DNA of 64,000 nt from Dendrobates tinctorius. Its lineage: Eukaryota. The notes beneath the pieces are model-generated. The model saw nothing but the letters and a program-made list of their open reading frames with translations, did not search any database and was not told the origin of the DNA. The DNA lies in contig NW_027361798.1 of NCBI RefSeq assembly GCF_039654945.1, forward strand, positions 3,844,001 through 3,908,000, written 5' to 3'. This document shows positions 13,893 to 26,077 of this stretch, in pieces. Both the position numbers and the translations under genes were made by a program. Each line of letters begins with the position of its first letter. Positions within the stretch are counted from its first letter, which is position 1.

Positions 13893-15666
13893 TAAATGAT
13901 AAAATTATCAGTCTGCCTTCATGCTCTAAGAAAAGAACTATGTGCCTTTTTTAGATAATCGCTACTAATTTGGGGGTTTGCCACGGACCCTCTTAATTAA
14001 CTCTTTGATTAAGTGAATCGTGGCTGGTGGCAGCGTGGTGTGTTCGGTTGGTTGGGCTAGTTGACAGTACGGAAGGGTCTTATATGCTGATTGAGTGGCT
14101 GTGGCCAAAGCATTGATAATTCCGTTACTGCAGTAGTCTAATTGTTCGTGCACAACAAACAGCCCATCCGACAACTATTTATCCTAGGTGCAGTTCCCTG
14201 ACTGACCTGAGGGTAAGGGGGGCGTCGGAGAGCTGCGAGTTCCAAAGTGGAACTGACAAAGTGGCATATCCATAAATCCCCGCAGTTCTTGGAAGGTTGT
14301 TAGCAGTGGTGAGGCATCCAAAATAACCCCCCTGCGATAAATTGTTAGAGCAAGATTAGCTTGCTGTATTTTTGTCACATGGTGCCAGTGGTGGGATAAC
14401 TAAGATAAGCCCCCACTGTGCCTGTGATAGCCGTGTGCCGGCAGTGCGTCACATCTATCTGTCCGCTGACAAACCCGTGCCGGTGGTGGGATCGTGACAT
14501 ATTGGTGGCACAGGGTGCGTTTTCATCACATATTGGTGGCAGCAGTGGGATTTTCATAGAGCATTAGTGATTTGGTTTGAGCAATCATTCCTCTCACTAA
14601 AGACCTGCACGGTTCCTGCGGGAATCCTGCATCATAGGTTTTGGAGAACAGACTCAGTGGTTACTAGTACTGAGACATTAGTGTGTAAGTGCGAGTATTC
14701 CCTCCCTTTTCTTCGTTTTTCTTTTCTATCTTTTATTTGGCAACCATGGCGGCAAAAGGAGAACGCTGGTATACACAGCAGAAAAAGGAAACTCTTGCTG
14801 GAGTATGCACGTACCGAGGCATTGACGCCACAAACAAAACCAGAGACTAATTGATCGCGGCTCTGTTGCAGCTGGACAATGCACAGAGCCCATCGGGCGC
14901 AGAAGCCGGCCCTAGCCAAGGTGGCGCTGCATCTGAGGTCCATCCACCGTAAGCCGGCCCCACATGCAACCAGGCCAGGCTGGACCCCTACCTGCAAGCG
15001 GCCTTGGACGCACTCCCTGCCGAAGACCATGATGGACGTCTGAAGCTGATCCAGCAAGCTCAGGAGAGAGAGGAGCAGCGAGCCGAGCGGGAGGAGAGAG
15101 CCGAGCGCTAAGCACAGGCTGAGAGAGCCGAGCGCCAAGCGCAGAGGGCCCATGAACTGGAGGTGCTCCAGCGGGGAGGAATGCCCCCACAGCCCAAAGC
15201 AGTGAGCCCAGCATCGCCCAGAGTCCTAAACCCTGGCCAGAGCATTTTCCCGTGATGAAAAAGGACGGGGACTTGGACACATTTCTGCGAGCCTTTGAGA
15301 AAGCCTGCAGACAGTACCGGCTGGCTAAGGACCAATGGCCAGATACTTGACCCCAGGGCTAAAAGGCAAAGCTCTGGAGATGTTTGCTTCTCTACCGCCA
15401 GAAGACGATGACGACTATGATGCCATCAAGCAGGTTCTGATCGCCAAATACCGGCTGACACCTGAGGTATACCGAAAGAAGTTCCGGAACCTCCAACGTG
15501 GCCCACACGATAGCTATAGCTACAGTATGTGGTGCAAGGACTCAGGACCCACTTTGACCAGTGACTCCATGGACTGTCAGTTGATTCCTTTGAGCTGCTA
15601 AAGGACCTGATGATCAAAGACCAGTTCCTGCATCTCTGCCCAGCTGAGGTCCGATAGTTTATCCTG
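13893..15666 (+). mobile_element. Duplicate Gmr1-like LTR/PBS/gag fragment
   Basis: Near-identical to 10042-11815; PBS at 14534-14551. Confidence 0.8.
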
Positions 15667-15759
15667 TCGGGCAGGGCCTTGGAATGGGCCACTCCACTGT
15701 GGGAGCGTGGGGATCCCCTGGTACAGAGTGCCACCCACTTCTTGGTCGCTCTGAAACAG

Positions 15760-18140
15760 GTCTTCCAGGTGCAAAAATTAAAGATGTGTCTGACAGGATA
15801 TCAGGACTCTTCAGACCTACAGATGACTACCCATTCCTGCTACTACATGTGGGGACAAATGACACCTCAAGAAACGACCTGGAAACCATCTGCAGAGACT
15901 TTGAAGACTTAGGCAAGAAAGTGAAAGAACTGGGAGCGCAGGTGGTCTTCTCTTCCATCCTCCCAGTGGATGGCTATGGAACAAGGAGGTGGAATAAGAT
16001 TCTGCAGGTGAACAACTGGCTACGTCGATGGTGCCGTCAGCAACGATTTGGATTTCTGGATCACGGAGTGAACTACTTATACGATGGACTACTTGCTAGA
16101 GATGGGGTGCACCTTACGAAGACTGGAAAGCATGTATTTGGAAGTCGCCTTGCTACACTTGTAAGGAGAGCTTTAAACTAGAACAACATGGGAAGGGAAG
16201 CAAAAGACCAGAAAAAGCCATACACCTGACAAATGCTATTGAGAACTCTGCTATTAGAAGTGGAAAGGAAGAACAAAGACAAAAGAATCTAATTAATAAA
16301 AATAATGGAGAAACAGAAACCAATCACAAACTAAAATGTTTCTATACTAATGCACAAAGCATGGGCAACAAACAAGGAGAATTGGAACTACTAACGCAGG
16401 AAAAGAAATATGATGTCATTGGAATCACTGAAACTTGGTGGGACAATACACATGATTGGAATACAAGACTAGAAGGATACAACTTATTTGCAAGAAACAG
16501 ACTTGATAAACGAGGAGGGGGTGTCGCATTGTATGTTAGAAACGTGTATATCTGCACAGAGATTGAAGCTTCAGAGACTGGGAGTTCTGTGGAAACTGTT
16601 TGGGTAAGAATACAAGGACAGAACAATGGAAAGGACACCATTGTTGGCATTTACTACAGGCCACCTGTGCAAGCTGAAGATATGGATGAACTCTTTATGC
16701 ATCAAATGGCCAAGTTCTCCAAAAAATATGACATAGTTGTCATGGGAGATTTGAACTATCCAGACATTTGTTGGGAATCTCTCTCAGGCAAAACTAACAG
16801 GTCAAGGAAATTCTTATCCTCTCTTGCTGACAACTTTATCTTCCAAAAGGTAAAGGAGAAAACAAGGGGAACTGCTACCTTGGATCTAATCCTTATAAAC
16901 AGGGAGGAAATGGTTGAGGAGGTAAAAGTGGCTGGGACCCTAGGAGGTAGCGACCATGCTATTTTAGAATTTTGGATAACTAGAGGCGGAAGACCTGTGA
17001 AGACTCAGACGTCAAGGTTAGATTTCAGAAAGGCAGATTTTAAGGGATTCAGAAAGAGAATTGGAGGGATCCAATGGCTGGATATCCTTAAAGACAAAAA
17101 TGTCCAGGAAGGATGGGAAATCTTGAAAAATGAAATTCTCAAAGCACAGTTGTTAACAATTCCGAAAAGAGGGAAGAATAGGAAGCATTTAAGGAAACCA
17201 GGATGGATGAACACAGAACTTAAGCACATGCTAAAAAGGAAGAAAAAAATGTTTATAAAATGGAAAGAGGGAGGCATATCTAAAGAAGAATATAATGCTG
17301 TCTGCAGAACCTGCAGGGCACAAATCAGATTATCTAAAGCTGAAAATGAATTGAGGCTTGCAAGAGATGTCAAAAGAAATAATAAAGGATTTTGGGGATA
17401 TGTCAAAAGTAAAAGAAAAGTCAAAGTTGCTATAGGATTTTTACAGGATGAAAATGATGAAATGGTAAGACAGGATGTTGAGAAGGCTGAACTTTTAAAT
17501 TCCTATTTTGCATCTGTTTTCTCTCAGAAAGGAAATGTGAAATCAACTGTTATTCACTGTCCTATTAAGGGAATAGAAGAATCCAGGATATCTATAAACA
17601 GAAAGAAAGTGAGGAAACACTTAGCTAACCTAAATGAATTCAAGTCTCCAGGTCCAGATGAATTACACCCCAGAGTACTGAAGGAGATAGCAGAAGAAAT
17701 TTTTGAACCCCTCTCCATAATCTTTGAAAATTCTTGGAGAACAGGAGAAGTGCCAGAAGACTGGAGAAGAGCAAATGTTGTCCCTATCTTCAAAAAGGGG
17801 AAGAAGGTGGACCCAGGCAACTATAGGCCGGTGAGTCTGACTTCTATACCAGGAAAGATCTTTGAACAAATTATTAAACAACATGTATGTCAATACCTGG
17901 ATAAGAATGAAGTGATTAAACAGAGTCAGCATGGGTTTGTAACTAATAAGTCATGTCAGACTAACTTAATTTCCTTCTATGACGGTATCACTGATTGGGT
18001 GGATCAAGGAAATGCTGTAGATATAGTATATCTTGACTTCAGCAAAGCATTTGACAAAGTCTCTCATACAATCCTTATTGAAAAAATGACTAAGTATGGA
18101 ATGGACAAGGCAACTGTTAGGTGGATTCATAACTGGCTTA
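15760..18140 (+). mobile_element. CR1 LINE: ORF1 esterase part and ORF2 endonuclease plus N-terminal RT (16361-18140), cut by a Harbinger insertion
   Basis: 610-aa ORF with EN motifs, KSPGPD, NYRPVSL and YLDFSKAFD; homology ends at TTA 18138-18140. Confidence 0.93.
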
Positions 18141-18411
18141 GGCCTCTTTCACACATCAGGTTTTCGCCGTCAGGCGCGATCTGGCGCTTTTGACAGAAAC
18201 CGGATCCGGCGAAATGCAATGCCGGATCCGGTTTCCCCCCCATTGACTTGCATTTGCGCCGGATCCCGCCGGATGGCCATGCGTTTCATCCGGTTTTCGC
18301 CGGATCCGGCAATGTGTCGCGATCCGGCGTCTGGAAAAAACGGCTACTGTAACGTTTTTTGTCTCCGGGGTAAAAGCCGGACACGTCCGGCTTTTTCACA
18401 CAATGAAAGTC

Positions 18412-20368
18412 TAGAATCATAGAATCATAGAATCGTAGAGTTGGAAGGGACCTCCTGGGCCATCTGGTCCAACCCCCTGCTCAAAGCAGGATTCGCTAAA
18501 TCATCCCAGTTAGATGTCTGTCCAGCCTCTGTTTGAAGACTTCCATTGAAGGAGAACTCACCACTTCTCGTGGCAGCCTGTTCCACTCATTGATCACTCT
18601 AACTGTCAAAAAGTTTTTTCTAATATCTAATCTGTGTCTCCTCCCATTCAGCTTCATCCCATTGCTTCTAGTCTTTCCTTGTGCAAATGAGAATAAAGTT
18701 GATCCTTCTACAATGTGACAGCCCTTTAGATATTTGTAGACAGCTATTAAGTCTCCTCTCAGTCTTCTCTTTTGCAAACTAAACATTCCCAAATCCTGCA
18801 ACCTTTCCTCATAAGACAGGGTTTGCAGACCGGTCACCATTCTGGTCGCTCTTTTCTGAACTTGCTCCAGTTTGTTGATGTCTTTTTTAAAATGTGGTGC
18901 CCAAAATTGGACACAATATTCCAGATGAGGTCTGACCAAAGAGGAGTAGAGGGAAATAATTACTTCACGTGATCTAGACTGTATGCTTCTGTTAATACAT
19001 CCTAGAATTGCATTTGCCTTTTTTGCTGCTGCATCACACTGTTGACTCATATTCAGTCTGTGATCTATTAGTATACCCAAGTCTTTTTCACATGTGCTGT
19101 CACTTAGCCCTATTCCTCCCATTCTATATATGCTTTTTTCATTTTTATTGCCCAGATGTAGTACTTTGCATTTCTCCCTGTTAAAAACCATTCTGTTAGT
19201 TGCTGCCCACTTCTCCAGTTTATTTAAATCTTTTTGAATCCTCTCTCTCTCTTCTCTAGTATTAGCTATCCCTCCTAGCTTTGTGTCATCAGCAAATTTA
19301 ATCAGTTTACCCTCAATTCCTTCATCTAAATCGTTGATAAAGATGTTGAACAATACAGGGCCCAGGACAGAGCCCTGTGGTACCCCACTTGAGACATTCT
19401 TCCAACTGGATGTGCAGCCATTTACGACCACTCTTTGGGTCCGATCACTAAGCCAGTTATGAATCCACCTAACAGTTGCCTTGTCCATTCCATACTTAGT
19501 CATTTTTTCAATAAGGATTGTATGAGAGACTTTGTCAAATGCTTTGCTGAAGTCAAGATATACTATATCTACAGCATTTCCTTGATCCACCCAATCAGTA
19601 ATACCATCATAGAAGGAAATTAAATTAGTCTGACATGACTTATTAGTTACAAACCCATGCTGACTCTGTTTAATCACTTCATTCTTATCCAGGTATTGAC
19701 ATACATGTTGTTTAATAATTTGTTCAAAGATCTTTCCTGGTATAGAAGTCAGACTCACCGGCCTATAGTTGCCTGGGTCCACCTTCTTCCCCTTTTTGAA
19801 GATAGGAACAACATTTGCTCTTCTCCAGTCTTCTGGCACTTCTCCTGTTCTCCAAGAATTTTCAAAGATTATGGAGAGGGGTTCAAAAATTTCTTCTGCT
19901 ATCTCCTTCAGTACTCTGGGGTGTAATTCATCTGGACCTGGAGACTTGAATACATTTAGGTTAGCTAAGTGTTTCCTCACTATCTTTCTGTTTATAGATA
20001 TCCTGGATTCTTCTATTTCCTTAATAGGACAGTGAATAACAGTTGATGTTACATTTCCTTTCTGAGAGAAAACAGATGCAAAATAGGAATTTAAAAGTTC
20101 AGCCTTCTCAACATCCTGTCTTACCATTTCATCATTTTCATCCTGTAAAAATCCTATAGCATCTTTGACTTTTCTTTTACTTTTGACATATCCCCAAAAT
20201 CCTTTATTATTGCTTTTGACATCTCTTGCAAGCCTCAATTCATTTTCAGCTTTAGATAATCTGATTTGTGCCTTGCAGGTTCTGCAGACAGCATTATATT
20301 CTTCTTTAGATATGCCTCCTTCTTTCCATTTTATAAACATTTTTTGCTTCCTTTTTAGCATGTGCTTA
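18412..20368 (-). mobile_element. 5'-truncated CR1 LINE with open RT frame (stop at 18496) and (ATTCTATG)n tail
   Basis: VPQGSVLGP and FADD motifs; tail TAGAATCATAGAATCATAGAATCGTAGA on the plus strand. Confidence 0.95.
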
Positions 20369-20507
20369 TGAGCGCCGCAATGCGCCGGATCCGGCGAAGG
20401 CCGGATCCGGTGGCCGGATCCGGTTTTTTTGGTCTGAGCATGCTCAGTAGCTCTGCCCACAAGACATATATAAAAGCAAGACAGTGGGACCCACAGCCAC
20501 ACCCAAC

Positions 20508-23238
20508 ATGCCACCCAAGAAAACAACCAAGCGCAGCAGGAGAAGGCAGGAGACCACTGCAGCACCATCAGCACCACCACCACCCCAAATGGAGCAGCAA
20601 ATGGAACATGCTGAGGAGGGGAGGCCAGCAGCAGATGAGAGACGGTAATTATCAAATCCCCCATTCCTCCAAACTAGGGCTATTGAATATCAAGATATTC
20701 ATTGGCCCTTTGTTTCTCTTTATTCAACAGCTGCCCAATAGATGCAGCAGCAGCAGCAGCAGCAATGGCAGCAGGTGGAACACCACCCACAGGCATGGAG
20801 TGTGGCCACCAGGAAGACAGCACATCATCTTCTGGGAGCCCTCCCTCGCATCGTCAGCGTTTGACGGTAAGTTTTTATTTCCAAAATCCATCATCTCTGT
20901 AATATATGTCTATTCATTGCCTTTTATTTCAAAACAGGAATCACAAGATGAAGAGGAGCTCCCAGAAGAAGAAGGAAGGGGTGGACAGACACCTGGAGTG
21001 GGCTCACAATTGGTAAGTTTTTTGCATCAAACGCAGAAACACAACATCACACTACACACAACACATAGAAAACAATGTTCTGCAGACCACACACAGCAAA
21101 CAAATGCCTACATCCAAAGACATAACATTTTTTGTTTTTTTCTCTAGTCTTCCCAATCTGGTGCTCGGCCAAGAGGTCCTCGCAGTGCCTCCCAGGGTCG
21201 TCGGCGACAGCAACGCGGCGGTCACCAGCGTGTAAGTATAAATATTTTTGCTTTGTTTTTTTGCACTTTTTATTTCATTTCTTTTGTGGAGGCTAATTAT
21301 GTTATTTTTGTCTTTTTCTTTAACAGCCTTCACAGCGTGCTCCCGACTCTGACGGTGAGGATGGAGGGATTGATGTGGACCGCCTCATCGATCTCGTCAG
21401 AGAAAGGGAGCCACTCTGGAATATGGCTGACCGCCGCCACGCTGACCTTATCGTTACCCGACGACTCTGGGAGGAAATCTGTTCGCTCCTTGTGGGCCGC
21501 TGGGAGGACCTCGATGTTCGGGCCCAGATTAAAGAGCGTAAGTATATACAGTACCGGTTGCTTGATGTAAACCAGTGTTTCCCGAACTCCAGTCCTCGTG
21601 GTCCCCACGGATCATGTGTTCAGGATTTCTATTTACTATGGAAATCCTGAAAACATGACCCCTGGGGACCATGAGGACTGGAGTTTGTGAAACACTGATG
21701 TTGTATACTAACCACTTTGTCCTTTCTCGTTTCAGGGAACAGAATTGTGAATCGGTGGCGGTCTGTGAGGGATCGTTTCAAGAAGGAGTTCAATAAAGAG
21801 ATGCGGGCCCCGAGTGGATCTGGAGGACGCAGGAGCAAGTACAAGTACGCACAAGCCCTGTCGTTCCTCCGGGAAACAATGGTCACTAGAAGGTAAATAT
21901 TACACACCACATGTGAAAAAAAATGTTAGATGTAACTTTTTTTTTTCAGCCAGGGCCATACCATGTCAGTATTTTAATTGTTTTTTTTTCTCTTTATTCC
22001 ACAGCACGGTGAGCAGCACTCGGGAGCCTGCACGATTGGACCCTTCTGAGGCGATCCCTGAGGAGACCGGCACCGAGGGACACTTCGACCGCCCCGGTAC
22101 ATCTGCACCTTCCCAGCCTTCCCACACATTCGACCCATCTGTCCCATCCACCAGCACAGGAGCATCGTGGCTGCCTACATTACATGAAGCTGCTGGTGAG
22201 GAGATCGCTTTCCCTTTACCCCACCCTTCTGCCCCTGCCACCTCTAGTACACCTGCGGGTACTGGGCGGCAGCGGCAGAGGGGTCAGGAAAAGAGTTATG
22301 CGCCAGAGTTCTTGCATCTGAATGCATCTTTCCAGAACTGTCTAAAAGTCTTGTCAGAGCAAATCTCCGCAGGCTTTCAGCAGATCAACTCCAGCATTCT
22401 GGAGGTGAAGACACTTCTGCAAACCATGCATTCAGAAGCAAGATCTTCGCCAAACCACAACTTTTTCAGGTCTGTTGTGGAGCGCATGGCAACACTATCT
22501 CCTACCCAGCAGATGCATGTAATGCATTCGTGCCACGGTGCTCTACAGCAGGTTACCTCCCAACCTTCACCTCCCACCACTGTAGTTCCTCCACCTGCAC
22601 CCCCTCCAGCCACTTTCCATCCTCCCCCTCCTATTACATCTGCACCCCCTCCAGCCACTTTCCATCCTTCCCCTCCTATTACATCTGCACCCCCTCCAGC
22701 CACTTTCCATCCTCCCCCTCCTATTACGTCTCCGTCTCATCAGGAGATGCTGTCTCTCCTTGTGATGCCAGAAGGTATCGACCAGGTCCTCCTAGGGGTT
22801 CCCTGGTTACGGGCCCACTCTCCCCACATAGACTGGTCCTCGGGGAAAATCCTCGCTTGGAGTAAATCCTGCGAGGGTAGGTGTCTGAGGGACTGCATTC
22901 TGGTCGCTACTTCTGAGGTTCCTGCAGATCTCTCCTCGCTTCCCAAGCCATATCGGCAGAATGCAGACGTTTTCTCCAAGAAGGCGGCGGAGATCCTTCC
23001 GCCGCACCGCCCTTACGACTGTCCTATTGACCTCTTGCCCGGCGCTGAGCCTCCCGGGGTCGAGTATACCCCCTATCTCTCCCAGAGACAGAGGCCATGT
23101 CGCAGTATATCAGGAAGAATCTGGCAAGGGGATTCATTAGGAAGTCGGTGTCCCCGGCGAGAGCGGGATTCTTCTTTGTCCAAAAGAAGAATGGGGAATT
23201 ACGTCCGTGCATCGATTACAGGGGACTTAACGCCATAA
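20508..23238 (+). CDS. Harbinger MADF/Myb-SANT-like gene, 7 exons (20508-20644, 20731-20866, 20938-21012, 21148-21231, 21327-21537, 21736-21892, 22005-), last exon fused to Gypsy sequence
   Basis: TATA at about 20468; GT-AG introns with consistent phases; LIDLVREREPLW...WEEIC...RWRSVRDRFKK motif. Confidence 0.75.
21573..21697. mobile_element. 125-bp hAT/Charlie-like MITE in an intron
   Basis: Foldback CAGTGTTTCCCGAACTCCAGTCCTC...GAGGACTGGAGTTTGTGAAACACTG; no clean TSD. Confidence 0.75.
22596..22727 (+). repeat. Three 45-bp coding repeats (APPPATFHPPPPITS)
   Basis: Visible in both DNA and translation. Confidence 0.9.
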
Positions 23239-26077
23239 CCGTTAAGAACAAGTATCCTCTGCCCCTGATATCGGAACTATTTGATAGGCTACGGGGAACG
23301 AGAGTGTTTACTAAGCTTGATCTGCGGGGAGCCTATAACCTGATTCGCATCCGTGATGGGGACGAATGGAAGACGGCATTTAACACCAGAGATGGGCACT
23401 ATGAATATCTGGTGATGCCCTTCGGGCTATGTAACGCCCCAGCCGTCTTCCAAGATTTTGTGAACGATATCTTCCGGGATATGCTTGCCACCTCGGTAGT
23501 AGTCTATCTGGATGATATTCTTATTTTTTCTCCAGATATTGACTCCCACCGGAGAGATGTTCGCAAAGTTTTCGATCTCCTGCGGGCCAACTCCCTCTAT
23601 GCCAAATTGGAGAAATGTGTGTTTGAGTCCTTGCCTTTCCTGGGTTACATCATCTCAGCCCAGGGTTTGGCCATGGATCCTGCCAAGCTACAGGCGGTGA
23701 TGGATTGGCAGGAACCCCATTCTCTCAAAGCGGTGCAGCGCTTTATGGGGTTCATAAATTACTATCGCCAATTCATTCCCCATTTCTCAACTTTGGTTGC
23801 ACCCGTGGTAGCCCTCACCAAGAAGGGTGCGAACCCCAAACTGTGGTCGGAGACTGTCTCCAAGGCTTTCGCCTCCATTAAGTCCCATTTTGCTAGCGCT
23901 CCCATTCTACATCGCCCTGATGTAGATAAGCCATTCATTCTAGAAGTGGATGCCTCCTCCGTCGGTGCTGGGGCGGTCCATTTCCAGAAGGACTCGCAAG
24001 GTCGGAAGCACCCATGCTTCTTCTTCTCCAAGACCTTCACACCGGCGGAGAGGAATTATTCCATCGGGGACAGAGAGTTGCTAGCAATGAAACTGGCCTT
24101 CTCAGAATGGAGACATCTCCTGGAGGGGGCTCGCCATCCTTTCCAGGTGTTCACCGATCACAAACATTTGGTCTATTTGCAGACGGCTCAGCGGCTGAAT
24201 TCTCGTCAGGCCAGATGGTCCTTGTTCTTCTCCCGGTTCCATTTCACACTACATTTTCTCTCAAGGGAGAAGAACGTCCGAGCCGATGCTCCTTCTCGCT
24301 CTGTGGTGTCATCAGAGGAGGAGGAGGAGCCTCACTGATAGTCCCATCGGAGAGCCTGAGGACCGTGGCTCTGGTTGCTCTTGAGTCTGTACCTCCGGGC
24401 AAGACTTTTGTCGCTGTCCATCTGCGACCGGAGGTCCTCTCGTGGGCTCATTCGTCCACAGTGGGAGGTCATTTCGGGATCAAACTGAACTACTGGCGAG
24501 GACGTACTGGTGGCCGCATATGGCCCGTGACGTCAAGGGCTATATTCAGGCGTGCGTCTCTTGCGCCCAGAATCGGCCCTCTCGGCAGCGGCCCGCTAGG
24601 TTACTCTATCCTCTGCCGGTTGCGGACAGGCCCTGGGAGATGGTTGGTATGGACTTTGTGGTGGGTCTGCCCAAGTCCAGTGGCAGCACCGTCATCTGGG
24701 TGATCACCGATCATTTCTCCAAGATGGTGCACCTAGTACCACTCTCTCGGTTACCGTCGGCACGAGGCCTAGCGGCATTGTTCATTAAATATGTTTTCCG
24801 CCTACACGGCATGCCGGATAAGATTGTCAGCGACCGGGGTCCCCAGTTTGCTTCTCGGTTCTGGAGAGAGCTCTGTTCTCTGCTCAGCATTGAGCTAAAT
24901 CTCTCTTCGGCCTATCATCCCGAGACGAATGGGTTGGTGGAGAGAGCCAACCAGACCCTGGTGACATATCTGCGACATTTTGTCTCAGCTAGGCAGGATG
25001 ATTGGGCGTCCTTACTGCCGTGGGCGGAGTTCGCCTTGAACAACGCGGTAGCCGATTCCACCGGTCAGACCCCATTTCTCTTAAATTATGGTCAGCATCC
25101 GCGCGTCCCCGTGCCCATGCCCGTGTCATCCACCGACTCTAGGGTGGCAGACTGGGCGGTGGAAGCACGTAACATTTGGGACCACACGCAGGATGCTATC
25201 CGGGCCTCCAAGGAGAGAATGAGGTCCTCCGCTGATACCTGCCGGCGCCCTGCTTCTGACCTTTGCCCCTGGCGACTTAGTGTGGCTCTCTGCCCGTAAC
25301 ATCAGGCTGCGGGTGGAATCCGCTAAGTTCGCACCACGCTACATCGGTCCTTTCAAGGTCCTCGAGCAGATTAATCCTGTGGTCTACCGTCTAGCCCTTC
25401 CACCACACATGGCTATCTCGGACACGTTTCATGTGTCTCTCCTCAAGCCAGTTCACATGTCCCGGTTTTCTGAGCCAGCTGCCAGAACATCAGATCTGTC
25501 GTCTGACGAGTTTGAGGTCAATGCCATCGTGGGATGCAAGGTGATGCGGGGCAAAAAGTTTTACTTGGTGGATTGGAAGGGTCATGGTCCAGAGGCCCGG
25601 ACCTGGTGGAGAATATCCACGCTCCTCTTCTCATTGCAGAGTTTGAGCGGAGCGAGGCGGGGGCCCTAGGAGGGGGGGTAATGTTAGGCGTCGGATTTCC
25701 GGCGCTGCACAGCGGGAATCCCAAGCCTTGCCTCTGACGGTCTCCCATTCCTTCCCAGCCGCAGAGGAGCTTGCTCAGCAAACTCGTCAGTCCCGGCGCT
25801 CTGTCCAGACCAGCTCCGTGGGTTTGCTTGCTGCTGCCGAGCTCTGTGAGCGAAAACAGGCTACGACATCTATTATTTGCGGTAGTGCGGCTCTAAGTTA
25901 TAAGAGATCGCCTCGGTACACCTTGGGTGAGGTTAACCCCGTATGTGCCGTTATTGCACCGCCATATCGCGTCCGCCATTGCCGAGCAGCAGTTAACACC
26001 TCTGCACGGTGGACCTCGGGCTGCGAACGCACCTAAACACCATCTTATTATTTGGTGTGTTCCGCCAGCCCTTAACA
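22728..26077 (+). mobile_element. Sushi-like chromovirus Gypsy, 3' portion: PR end, RT-RH (23097-24338), integrase (24442-25299), chromodomain (about 25500-25650), PPT and 3' LTR (25682-26077)
   Basis: YLDD, DAS, GMDFVV, SDRGPQF, GLVER, RYIGPF and YLVDWKG motifs; GGAGGGGGGGTAA|TGTTA...TAACA; several frameshifts. Confidence 0.93.

Larger units (their letters stand above)
18141..22727 (+). mobile_element. PIF/Harbinger family 1, one end only (interrupted by a CR1 and a MITE)
   Basis: TTA target plus TIR GGCCTCTTTCACAC; palindromic CCGGATCCGG subterminal repeats on both sides of the CR1 insert; contains a spliced MADF gene. Confidence 0.8.

Noticed and set aside
20369-20664. Hydrophobic N-terminus of the 722-aa RT ORF
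   Set aside because: Chance open antisense frame of Harbinger sequence upstream of a 5'-truncated CR1.
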